Below are positions 52,731-64,000 of a stretch of DNA of 64,000 nucleotides, in pieces (position 1 is the stretch's first letter; every line of letters begins with the position of its first letter). The notes under the pieces were generated by a model. It ran no database searches. It was not told the DNA's origin and saw only the letters and a list, made by a program, of their open reading frames with translations. This stretch comes from Lytechinus pictus (taxonomy: Eukaryota). Made by a program: the position numbers and the translations under genes. Where the stretch lies: NCBI RefSeq assembly GCF_037042905.1, contig NC_087250.1:12526001-12590000 (forward strand), read 5' to 3'.

Positions 52731-52980
52731 AGGTACAGGTATGTACTAGTTCTTAAAATGATCTTATGAATATTTTGTTGTTTCCTACACCAAGAAAAGC
52801 ATGTGGTAATATAATTTCAAGCAGCCTGAATTATTTAAATCAAACCTTGTTGTTCTAAATAAACATTCTGGCATGTGATAAACACTTTAGGACTGCTTCC
52901 AACCATTTCCTAACAAAATTAAATTTCTACACCAAAACTGGAAGTTAGCCTTAAACTCAATCATGAGTCGATGGCCATAC

Positions 52981-53092
52981 CTTATAACACTGTGCAATGT
53001 TGAGTGTAATGAGATTGTTGCTGGTCTCTGCAAGCAGCATCAGGGTTTGAGGGGAGAGGTTGAAACAGCCACATAGCTCTAAAACCCCCAAA
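52981..53092 (-). CDS. FBXL-type LRR gene exon
   Basis: 112 nt, phase 2-0. (N)LGVLELCGCFNLSPQTLMLLAETSNNLITLNIAQCYK. Confidence 0.88.
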
Positions 53093-54311
53093 CTGAAAAG
53101 CAAAAAAGACATGCACAATTTCCTAATAATACTACTACCACGACTACTGGCACTACTACTACTACCAATAATAATTATTTGGTTACTTATAAGTCAGAGA
53201 GTACGGAATATGGAGAGTACCTCAGATGAAATTGTCAAGAAGATCAAAAAAATAAATATTGTTCCACAAATCTTTATTGCAATGGCATAAAGCAATAAGT
53301 TTGAGAGGAGAGGTTAAAACAGCCACATAGCTCTAAAACCTCCAAACAATTCAATTCAATTTCAAAAAGACACTGCAGAGCTTACTACAAAAAATAATCT
53401 GGGTTTTTTTAAGGTGCAGAGTACAAAATAAGGAGAGTAACTCAGAGTAGAGGTAAATTGCCAATTCATCCACTGCCAACTCGTCCACTCACCACATGGT
53501 CTACCTTCATTTAGTCTAATGCCATTCCGTCCATCAACATTTCGTCTAACAACCATTTAGTCCAATAACCATTTAGTCCAATCATCACTTCATCTAATCA
53601 CCAGTTCATCTATTACCATTTCATTTAATAACCAGTTGGTTTAATACCCATTTTCTTTTCATTCATTTTGCACAATAAACACTTTAGTTTAATTAGACCA
53701 AATGGTATGTGGACTAAATGGCTATTGGACCAACTGGTTATTAGACAGAATGGCATTAGACCAAATGAAAGTAGACCATGTGGTGAGTGGACGAACTGAT
53801 GGTAGACCACATGATAGTTGACGAGTTGGCACTTGCACAAGTTGGCATTGGACAAATTGGAAATATACCCAGAGTAAATTGTCAAGAAGATCAAAAAATA
53901 TATATATTGTTCAAAAATCTTAAATGTAATGGTCCAAAGCATCGAGGTTCGAGGGGGAGATTGTTAAACAGCCACACAGCACTAAAACCTCCAAACTAAA
54001 AAGAAAAAAGAAAGAATAAGTATGCAGAATTTACTTATAGTAAACAGTAGATAATAAACTGGTTATTTTTTAGCCACAGAGTGTGAAATTGAGACAGTAA
54101 CCCAGATGAAATTGTCATGTTCAAACAAACAGGAATATTAAAGAGAATATTGGAATTTTGCCCTGAAAACTTTATTTATTGGATGTAAGATCATAACGGA
54201 ACAGAAAAAATATGTTCACTTGGAAAATAAGAAAAATAATTTTGACTCACTCTGAATACAGTTTAATAAAACAAATAATAAAACCCAACAATTGCATGCA
54301 AATTTTCTTAC

Positions 54312-54392
54312 TTAGCTCCATATTTGTTGACAATTTGACGAAGGCACTGATCTGAGACAGACTGGCATCCATTCAAGCAGATAGTCTCCAAT
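54312..54392 (-). CDS. FBXL-type LRR gene exon
   Basis: 81 nt, phase 2-2. (R)LETICLNGCQSVSDQCLRQIVNKYGA. Confidence 0.88.
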   Translation of the reverse strand: MGDYLLEWMPVCLRSVPSSNCQQIWS

Positions 54393-54798
54393 CTGGCAAA
54401 AAAAAAAGAGACAAAAATGACGTTAATAGGGTTGTTACTGGCAGTAAACTTTCAGTGGGGGGGGGGGGGGAATAACACTGCCTGAAACTTGGTTGCCCCC
54501 AAAAACTTGAGATTTTTATTGAGCTGGAAAATGCACATCCTAATCTTTTAAATGGTATCTAACTTTACAAAACTAATTAACAATAACCCACTAAATCGCT
54601 TGAATGAATGTACGAAGAAAGAAATTCTGTATGAGCTTCAAAAACTAAAGAGAATATCAAGCTTTGAAGTTTGAGGTACAAGCGGATGTAAAACTTCTTG
54701 GTTTAAGGACTTCAACATGAAAGTATTTTGTTACATCATTTTCTTTGGCAATGGGTAAATTACATAGGAGTTTTCAACTTAGTTTTTGATCCCCTTAA

Positions 54799-55559
54799 CC
54801 CTAAAAAGACTGGGGGGGGGGGGGGGGCTGATTCAGCCCCCCCTCAATATTTTTCGCGATAAATCTGTAACGCAAAAAGCTGGCGCCGCGCCATTCCATG
54901 ACTTCTTTTTTTCAAGTCTTGCGCAACTTTTGAGAACAAATTTGCGACGCCCGGGTACGTGGTTCCTAAATCACGCAACATTTTGTAAGTGCATGTCGAC
55001 CCGAAATTGCTCAAAAACGTGAATTTGTGTACAAATCCAATGCAAATTGTGTTTTTAGCCAAAATTCATAAATGTATCATTATTTTCAATTTTACTAATC
55101 AAACTCAATTAATTTCATCTTGTTTATGGACAGAATAAAGTAGCGGACGATTTCCATTGAAAAAACAATAAAAAACAAAAAGTAAAAAAACAATGAAATA
55201 CATAAGAAATTTTAAAAACAATAAAATACGTAAGAAAAGAATTGTGATATTGAATTTTTTTTAAGGTACATTTGATCAGAATTCTACAAAGAGTCTGTGA
55301 ATAAAAAATTAGCAGTTTAGAGGCCTCATTTAGTTAATTAGAGCAAATCTTTTATTTTATGCATAAATTAGCATAATTAATGAATTATTAGATTTTTCGG
55401 AAAATTTGATCCTACAGTCTTGGAGATTATGCCATGGGTAACGCACGTGCCAATTTTCGTCGCGATCGCGCGGTCGACGGCCGAGATCATAGGGGGGGGC
55501 TGAATCAGCCCCCCCCCCCCAGTCTTCATAGGCATCAAAATAGCCCAGTCTATTTAGGG
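54799..55559. mobile_element. piggyBac-like MITE
   Basis: TTAA|CCCTAAAAAGACTGGG ... CCCAGTCTATTTAGGG|TTAA. Confidence 0.85.
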
Positions 55560-55985
55560 TTAACCCTATGATCTCTTACATGTACCTGGGATACCCGTCA
55601 AGTACCGCAGAGAGACCACTTTCGGTGCACCAGCTAGTGTCCAGGAGGGGAACTTTTAGGGTATCCAATTTAGCACAAGAAAGGGTGTACAGTCATAGGT
55701 AGCTTCCTGCATTATGTGACATGACAACCTTACACACCGGTACACGTACACGCTAAAACCTTTGACCCCACTTATCTTTAACACCCGTTAAGTAATGCTG
55801 AAATTGAGGCCGCTGTTGGTGCCAGCGTACCAGCTAGTGCCCAAACTGACGGGAAATTTTGGCTATCCAACGTAATTTAGCACAAGAATGGGTGACCAGT
55901 CATGGCTAACCTTACTAGATCGATAACTAGATAACTTGATAACCTAAGAAACACAAGCACCCCTACGACCTTTGAACCAGCTTAC

Positions 55986-56137
55986 CTGGGGCAACCGTCA
56001 AGTACCGCAGAGAGACCATTGTCGGTGACGGCGCACCAGCTGGTGTCCAAGGATGTCAGGTTATAGCATCTAGACACATGGAGTAGGATGGAATCTCCCT
56101 GGAGCTCGCCCTTGGAACATCCTGTCACGTTAAGCTC
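55986..56137 (-). CDS. FBXL-type LRR gene exon
   Basis: 152 nt, phase 0-2. ELNVTGCSKGELQGDSILLHVSRCYNLTSLDTSWCAVTDNGLSAVLDGCP. Confidence 0.9.
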
Positions 56138-56649
56138 CTGGAAAGAAATATTAAGAGGATATGAGAGCAGTGGTAATGGCGAATAAATCCGGCTGAAAGG
56201 AGTATATCATCACCCTCATCATTATCATCCGCTTCCTTATCATCATCATCATCACCATTATCACCATCCTCATCATCATCACCATCCTCATCCTCATCAC
56301 CATCCTCATCATCATCCTCATCTTCATCATTATCATCTTATTCAGAGCGGAGCAAATTATCGCCGGAGCAAATGTTATGGAACCATATAATAAAGCAATG
56401 AAATGGAAAAGTGTTCGCTTTTTTATCAGAACAGAAAATAGGCTGTAAATATGGTTCCATGACATTTTCTCTGGCGACAATTGCTCCTCTGTAATTCCAC
56501 GCAATATGGGAATGACTAACTTCAACCTTGCATTTAACACCATACCCTATCCTAAATATAACAGAAAACTCCAACTCTAAACCTACATGTAACCCTGTAT
56601 CTTAGACAAAATAAAGCCGAGAGCAATTGTAATGTCGCCTTTAATATAC

Positions 56650-56810
56650 CTGTAAGGAGTCAGCACATGACCTGAAAAGGTTGCGCAATCCATTCTCCGT
56701 GACCAGATTTCCACGACATTTATGAAGGGTCAAACTGACGGGGTGTTTCTCTCCGATGTGGGTCAGATAGAAGTCTGTCAAATCCCTACTCTCCAGTCGA
56801 ATGCAACGCC
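56650..56810 (-). CDS. FBXL-type LRR gene exon
   Basis: 161 nt, phase 1-0. (x)RCIRLESRDLTDFYLTHIGEKHPVSLTLHKCRGNLVTENGLRNLFRSCADSLQ. Confidence 0.85.
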
Positions 56811-59429
56811 CTGAGGTTTGTATGGAAGGAAATTAAATTAATTAAAACAGTTGACTTTGCTCAAGTCGACCTTAACTCTTTGTACGCTGAGCTATGAAGC
56901 CCTCTGTGCTGAATTATTTTCAGGGAGGGAAACAAATTTACAGGAGATTGCTTGTTTGAGCGTGAAATGCAAAATTCGAGCTGCCCCAAGTGTGCATTGA
57001 TGCGAAGTACGCGTGGAAAGGGTTAAAGTGTAGAAGCATTTTTTTGGGGAGGGTGGGGGTGTTTTATAGAGAGTTTAGTGTGACTTATAGTCCTGCTTAA
57101 ATGCAATCACGCACATCTAATTTATACCGGACATAACTGCAATGTGCATGTAAGTGCGACTCTAGGTCACAATTAAATCTTTGTGAATTACCCACCAGAA
57201 TATGCAAATTAGTTATTAACTTCTTTTTAGTCGAATTGTACAAGACTCGATGTTACTGGTAGGTTCACTCTTATTCCATTTTTATATACTGCTTAAATAC
57301 ATTTCTATTAGAGTGCTCACACATAAATTATTACCCATTACCACCACTCATCTGATTCATGCACGTCTTCACACAATGCACATGAATGCAGTTTTCCCAC
57401 TCCTTGGGGAGCACTTCAACGAGAGCTTTTTAACCAAATAGCTAGTACCACTACATGTACGTTGTCAATTGTTTTTACTTCTCCCAAATTTCAGGGAATT
57501 TCAGGAAATTTTGCTTTGTTCCTGGAAAGGTTCGGAAAATGAGAAAATTCCAGGAAATTCTAAAATTACAATTAAAAAACAATTAAATGTATAAACATTT
57601 AATATTTGTGTTACCGTCTAGCACACAAAAATTAAAACTAGCTAATATCCATTCAAAATCCATTCTGTCTTATAGAGCTTTGTGAGAGCTTTATTTTGAT
57701 ACCAACTTCATGTAAATTGACCAATGTTTGGTAAAGTTATGGTCGATTTAAGTTATCGGAAAAAGGGTAAAAACCTGCCGGAAATCATCAAAATCGCCCT
57801 AAAAAGGCAAAAAATGCGTTTTTGGGCAAATTCAAGTATCTGTCACATGAAAAATATGATTATATAGTGTCTAAAAACAATTAAACATAGCTATAGCACT
57901 TGTGTTCTACACAGTCTGCAAAAACGGGATCACATGAGTAAGTTACTGCTGAATTATAGTCGTCAGAGTGGGACCTATTAATTCAAAATCACCCATCCGC
58001 AACCACAGAAAAACCTTCAAAATATGCAAATGAGAGCTAATTAATATGCGTAAATGCAATATCTCCAGTTATATTAGGTTTCACGCAATGAAACTTGGCA
58101 AGATGTTTTCTTGCACTAAGACCTTTAATTTTCACCACTTTTGTACAATCTTATTTGACAAATATGCAAATTAGCTCATTTATTATGCAAATTAGCTAAT
58201 TTATGCATAATTATTAATACATAATTCATCAAAGATTCATCGGCAACAATCAAACCATCCTACAAATTGTCTCTTTCATATGGGTTATACAAGGTTGATA
58301 AACTTTATGATTTCACAACACTTATCTTTTACCTATACAGTGCTGAAAATGAGTTTAAGAACAGCACTGGACAGATAACCTTAATGAAAGAGGATATTAT
58401 TATTAACATGCCAAAGACAGCACATATCTGTTCTTGGCAGTTCTGAAATTGAATGATCAGTTGCTGCACAAGTCAATCCAGGCTGGTATTTGAGTTTTCT
58501 TTCAAGTATCACAATAATATTACAGATGCTGTTTCATTAGATATTTTAATATATTCCCAATTTTAGCATAATAAATTGAATTTTTAATAACATTGATGTT
58601 TAATACATTTCTATGAATTCTGACTTCAAACAATTTAACAAAAAATAACTGTAATCTTCATCCCATTTCAAGTAGGTCATGACAAGGACAATGAGCAACA
58701 GCCAAGGGAATCAAATCGAGAAAGGGGAAACTGCAGCCAGACACAAATGAGCGGACAACCTGATGAGAAGGGATAAGAGGGCATTCAAGGCATAGTAAAA
58801 GCCATTGGACAGTCTGCATAAGATATTCTACCTCATTCATTGAACTTGAGTTTTTTTTTTAGCACAACAATAATATAACAGATGCTGTTTCATTAGAATT
58901 TTCCAAAATCTGCCTGGTAGATTTTTGATTGCAGGTTTGTATAAAGTGTAAGAGTAAAAAATTAATTGGTGGACTGGTACAAAATTTTGAAAGACATTCA
59001 TATTATATGTACCACAAACTAGTGTCTCAATATGGCAGGAAATATTACAATTCAATGTTTTTATGTATTGCAAAAGATGAAGTAATCTTGATTTACTACA
59101 AAAAGAGCAGCTTATAATAATTTTTAAAGCCCATTTGAAAGTATAATTTGTTTCTTTTGTAATTATGTCTCTTTGAGGCCCCCACCCCCTCCCCCTCCCC
59201 CCTAAAAAAAAAATAATTAATAAAGGAAAAGAATTGGTTATGGGCACAATTGAGACAAAATAATTCAGTAAATATGACCAAACAATTAATTAAAAGTGAC
59301 AAATTTGACTTTCAAGTCTAATTTCTTGAATTGCCTGACATCACACAACTATTGATTTGAAAAACGTACGAGGAAAATGAAAACAGTCGTTCCAGAGGGA
59401 GGGAGAGAGGCAATGGAATATCCATACCT

Positions 59430-60320
59430 TAAACTGCGCATGCGCAGAAAAGAAAAATTCGGTCGGCGAATGTGGCCGGTCGACTGGAGAAATGGCTGTG
59501 CAATTTTGCGCGCACTCCCTCTGCACAATCACGGCAAAATTGTTCATTAGATATTTGAAAAAGATCGACATTTTTCACATTTCATGTCACAATCACAACC
59601 ATTTCACATCATTTCATAATAAAAATCCAATCAATCGGGTATTAAGAATACGTAATCGGCACAAATCTACTCACCAGGACATTTCCGTTCGTGTACAAGA
59701 GAGTGAATTTCATCGGCAGTCCATCCGGTGAGTTGGAGTATTCGTGTATGTTCTGCGCTGAAGTCAGCGGATGCGCCATGATTGAAGTCAAGCGCGTAGT
59801 ACCTCGAAATCGTGAACCAAAATTTGGTTTGCTCAATTCAAAGCCATTTCCTTGCTAGTTACACTCATTTTCAGGACAAAATAATATCATCCCTAAAAAA
59901 TGTAACTCCTAACCTTTACAACAAGTACTTCACTCTTCGGAAATACACTTGAATACCGGAGATATGAAGAATCCAAGCCACACGGTAAAATCGCCTGCGG
60001 TGTGACCCACGTACGTGCATAGCGCCAACTTAATGTGTTCCGCCATCTTGCTTGTTGGTTGCCGATAAAATGCGCATTTTCAGATTTTTTAACGCTCAGT
60101 TATTATCCATGACTGAAACATTGACCAATCAAAAACTAGGATTCTACAAGAAATATGAATATTCATATACGAAAGTATAAACATAGATAATTCAGTTTTA
60201 TGTGAAATTTAAACCCAATACTTCAAAATATGGTTAGTTTTATGTCTCTAAAATGACCCTTAAAACCAGAATTTTATTAGTAAAAAATAAAGGTTTTCCC
60301 AAGTTGCTATGGTAACGCGG
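59430..60320 (-). promoter_or_regulatory. CpG-enriched promoter/first-exon region of the LRR gene
   Basis: YY1-type AAGATGGCGG (60040-60049, minus strand), CCAAT box at ~60125, NRF1-type TGCGCATGCGCA at 59435-59446, X-box-like GTTGCTATGGTAAC at 60303-60316. Confidence 0.55.
59675..59779 (-). CDS. Candidate first coding exon of the LRR gene
   Basis: atcATGGcg start context, MAHPLTSAQNIHEYSNSPDGLPMKFTLLYTNGNVL|gtgagt. It ends in phase 0, so it does not join directly to the phase-1 exon at 56810. Confidence 0.4.
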
Positions 60321-62710
60321 TCTGAGATATAAAAGCTTAGCAAACACTTCATTTCAGTGATCGAGGATGTATTTGTTTACGGTATACGTCTACATAAATT
60401 ATAACATTTTTTTCCAGACCATGGATGAACTTTCAAAAAGAGACATTTTAGGCAAGTTTTTACGATTTCCGGCAATTTTCTGACACAGGCATTTTGAAGA
60501 GGTAATTTTTACAGAATTAGAAGAAGACATCATGGATTTTCCTAATTATCACGACGGATATGCAACTTACTTGTAAACAAATCAAACAAAGTCTATGATA
60601 CATTTTCGATAATGCAAAAAGAGACATTCAAGTCTCTGATTGAGAGCCGCAGATTGAACATTCGCACGGCGCAATGGTAGCGTTTTCGCCGAATTCGTCG
60701 GGGCGAAAACTCCAAGAGAGCCGTACCACTCACCAGTCCCGAACGCTGCGCTGTATGTTAGATGATTTATCTGGTGCCATTTCGTGCTTATAAATTTGTT
60801 TTTTCTACAATGCCACTATCTCATTAAAATTGTTTGTCATGATAACATTGGAAATATTATCGTTTAATGGCCCAAAGGATCGACTGTAATAAAAGATACT
60901 TTGAAATATTGTCAGAGAGTGATTAGTTAGGTGATGTTTATGGTCAGAATTTAGTCATGGCTTCGGGTGAACTTACGCGAACGCGGTCACTTGCTCACGG
61001 GGCGAGTCGGCCTGGCCCTTTGGTGGAAGGCCGTTAGGCAACGTGCAGTGCAGCTAGAGCAGAGTTGGGGAGTTATAGGTATAAAAATACTTTGAAATAA
61101 GTAATCTGCAAATATTTTTGTCTTATCCCTTTGGATTACTTAGATAAGAAATTCAAATTCTCAAAGTTTAAATCAAATTTTAGACAGTGACAACAAAGAG
61201 TGGTGCTGTATGGGGGGGGGGGGGGGGGCCGGGGGGGGGGGATGGGTCCCCAATTCACGAACAAGAAAAAAAAGGAAAAGGTAAGAGAATCTTGCGAAAT
61301 TGTTCAATTGGATTTTTGTAACCAAAAGTCAAAATTATGCTTATGTCGCTTGCTTGCAACTATATATTTTATAAATTTTGCCTGATACGCCATATCGTAG
61401 TACCCTCAATTATTTTCACTTGTTACGCCACTGACATGACTGATATAACATCTACTAGTTTATGATAACATTATTTGGTTGCGGGATCAAAGCATCAGCT
61501 ATATAGCTAAACATTTATACTTTATGCCTGTTCAACTTCCAATACAGGTTTAGGCCTGTATTTATGAGATGTTAAGATCTATGGGTGCCTTTATTATTTT
61601 CATTTTCAATTAAAACAATTATTAATTATGTATTAATTTAGTATTAACCTCGATGATACATTTTGTTGTATTAAATCGTACAATTTCTGTTGTATTAAGC
61701 CCCTTATTAAGCCCTTTTAAAAACATGCTCAGTAGCAGACCCCCCCCCCATATATAAAGACAATAGAAGTGTAGAATTAATTGAACCCCCCCCCCTTATT
61801 GAGGACAAAATGAAAAAAAAAATACTCAAAATAATCGACCGCCCCCCCCCCCCTTTGACGAGGCAGCTGTCGGTGGCCTGATGTCTTCATTGACTTCTTT
61901 TTGCTTGTAAAAATAATATTAAAGAAATAGGGGCTACTCTAAGTGTCCCCTGTGAAAATTTATTTGGATCTGCAAGTGCATGAGGCTGCGCCCCCTCCAA
62001 CGTCATAGCTACCCCATATCTTTAGGTTCTAGCTCTCATATTTTTCAGCTCCCTGGTTTTTTGGAAGAAAAAAAAACGAGGCGAAAGAAAAGAGTGAAAT
62101 AAATTAAATACGATTAATCAAAATTTGAGTTGTTTGAAAGAATTATACTTATCAGAGAAACTAAATTAAATTCTACAACCATGAAGAATAACAGCAATCT
62201 TGATAAATTCTATTTTTTTTCAAAATCAGAACCAATCAACCTTTTTCTGATTATTCTGTCACTTTCCATATTTTGGAGAAAAAAATAAAAGTGTTCATCG
62301 ACGCCCTGTACTGCATGATGAAACTGTATCCCCACTCGGCCCTCGTAACCAGGGCCGTAGCCAGAAGCATTTTGTTGGGGGGGTGTACCAGCTAAATTTG
62401 CCAACTAAATTTGGCGTGACAGCGCCAACGTGAGCACAGGGGGAGTCTGATGGGGGATGTGCCCCCCCCCCTACAATAATCACATGCTAAAAGATTTTGA
62501 ATTTTTAGAATTGAATTGGTGGCATTTGGTGAATACTTTAAGGTAAATTATACAAAGATATACAAAGATATTTGCACTTTAAAAATAAAGGCTAGTGTGC
62601 CGTAGTTGCTAACTTGCAGTATAATGATATACCCTATGCATTACTAATATCAAAATCAAAGATTTGTTGATTTTTAATTGACCTTCTGTGCAAGATGTCT
62701 CAACTAAAAT

Positions 62711-63400
62711 TTCAAGAGTGCTACTGCAAACAGTGACGTACCGTGGGTCACGGCATGGGGGGGGGCACCAGCAAAAATTTAGAGTCATTAAGTGGGCGCG
62801 CGAAGCGCGCTCAATTGCCAGGTATACTGACCTGATAGACGGAGACGTTTTAAGGACTGTGGCATTAAACGGATATGTATCTTAGTGATCAAATAATGCG
62901 AGCGCGAAGCGCGAGCTGAAAATGTTTGATATTCAGTCCTAAAAAGGGACATTATAAGCAAAGTTTTGTAATCATGATACGTACCTGTCTTACAAAACAA
63001 ACAATGCGAGCGCGAGCTGAAATTTTTTGTATAACTTAACCCTAAAAAGGGACATTTTCAGGACTATCTTTTGGAATTTATGAAGTGCGTACGTATCTCA
63101 TCATAGTCATCTAATGCGAGCGCCAAGCGCTTGCTGATTTTGTAAGAATTACACTGGCACATGAAGCACTTTTTGTGGTCATTGTAATCATGAACATGAT
63201 ACGTATTTCACTAATGAAATATTGCGGGCGAGAAGCGCGAGCTGACAATTTTTGAAATTCAGACCTGAAGAGGTGGCATTCTATGGCTTGTTTGTAGGAA
63301 TTTACTATTTCACTAATTAAGTGATGCGAGCGCGAAGCGCGAGCTGAAAATTTGTTATAATTAGATCAGAAAAAGGGACATTTTAAGGACTGTCTTTAGG
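62711..63400. mobile_element. Partial hAT-type element with ~110-bp degenerate units carrying GCGAGCGCGAAGCGCGAGCTG
   Basis: Starts CAGTGACGTACC plus a G-run. The same internal motif occurs in 47454-48245, 38451-40261 and 15874-18489. No right TIR found. Confidence 0.55.
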
Positions 63401-64000
63401 AATTCGTGCACTGCAAAAACGCCGGTGTTGATTTAACACCAGCCCGGTATCTATATCGGTCCACAGTCCACACCAATGCGAACGTAAGCACTGACTGGAA
63501 ATGTTTTATTAAGGCCTTAAAAGGGGGCAATCACTTTAAGTATATAGTCATGAAAAAAGCATATGTCACTACATAAAACAATGATAACTTGAAGTGCGAG
63601 GAGATAGTTTTTTGCATAATCTTTATGGACTTAAAATACAACAGGACTATATGTCTCATTAGTCAGACAATGCGAGCACCAGGAATGATGCAACCCAACC
63701 TGCCCCCATCCCCATCCTAAGCACCTTCTGACACCATAAATAAAAAAAAAAAAGTTTAGTAAAAATAACTTAGAACATTTTTGTGTTTTTTGCCAACTGC
63801 AAACTTGTAGACAAGTCTACAAGTTGTAGACTTGTCTTCATGAATTTGCCAACTGCAGAGTTACCAGTTTTTTAAGTCTTGTCTTCTGTTCTTTTCAGAT
63901 CTGAAACGGGGCAGTACTTGTACATCACTTTGCTGACTGGTAGAGCGTATAGTGTTCTGCCACTTTAATAGGCCCACTTTATAATTTGCCAACTATACTT

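Noticed and set aside
58658..58840. Possible missing exon of the LRR gene
   Set aside because: No F-box or LRR pattern in any minus-strand frame and no suitable phase-1 donor.

Overview
AT-rich, intron-containing, repeat-dense eukaryotic DNA. The repeat style and gene content suggest a sea urchin or other echinoderm (inference). Three spliced genes can be assembled by hand with consistent GT-AG sites and exon phases. (1) The last two exons of a + strand C-type lectin domain (CTLD) gene (1836-4780). (2) A complete - strand paralog (37333-28685, about 365 aa): signal peptide, a short unrecognised Cys module, four tandem EGF exons with half-exon relics, and an atypical CTLD. (3) A - strand FBXL-type cysteine-containing LRR gene (about 59779-46949) whose F-box exon I could not find. 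Between the two convergent lectin genes lie a 41-bp satellite, a large nested inverted duplication, a TIR-bounded 53-bp array and a decayed CR1/L2-group LINE. The LINE is interrupted by a young 1.9-kb composite element: two direct 465-bp TIR modules around a 975-bp core, AGTA target duplication only at the outer ends, and no PBS or PPT. Many hAT-, Kolobok-, Harbinger-, piggyBac- and Tc1-like non-autonomous elements and tRNA-derived SINEs are present. There is no CRISPR array or rRNA.
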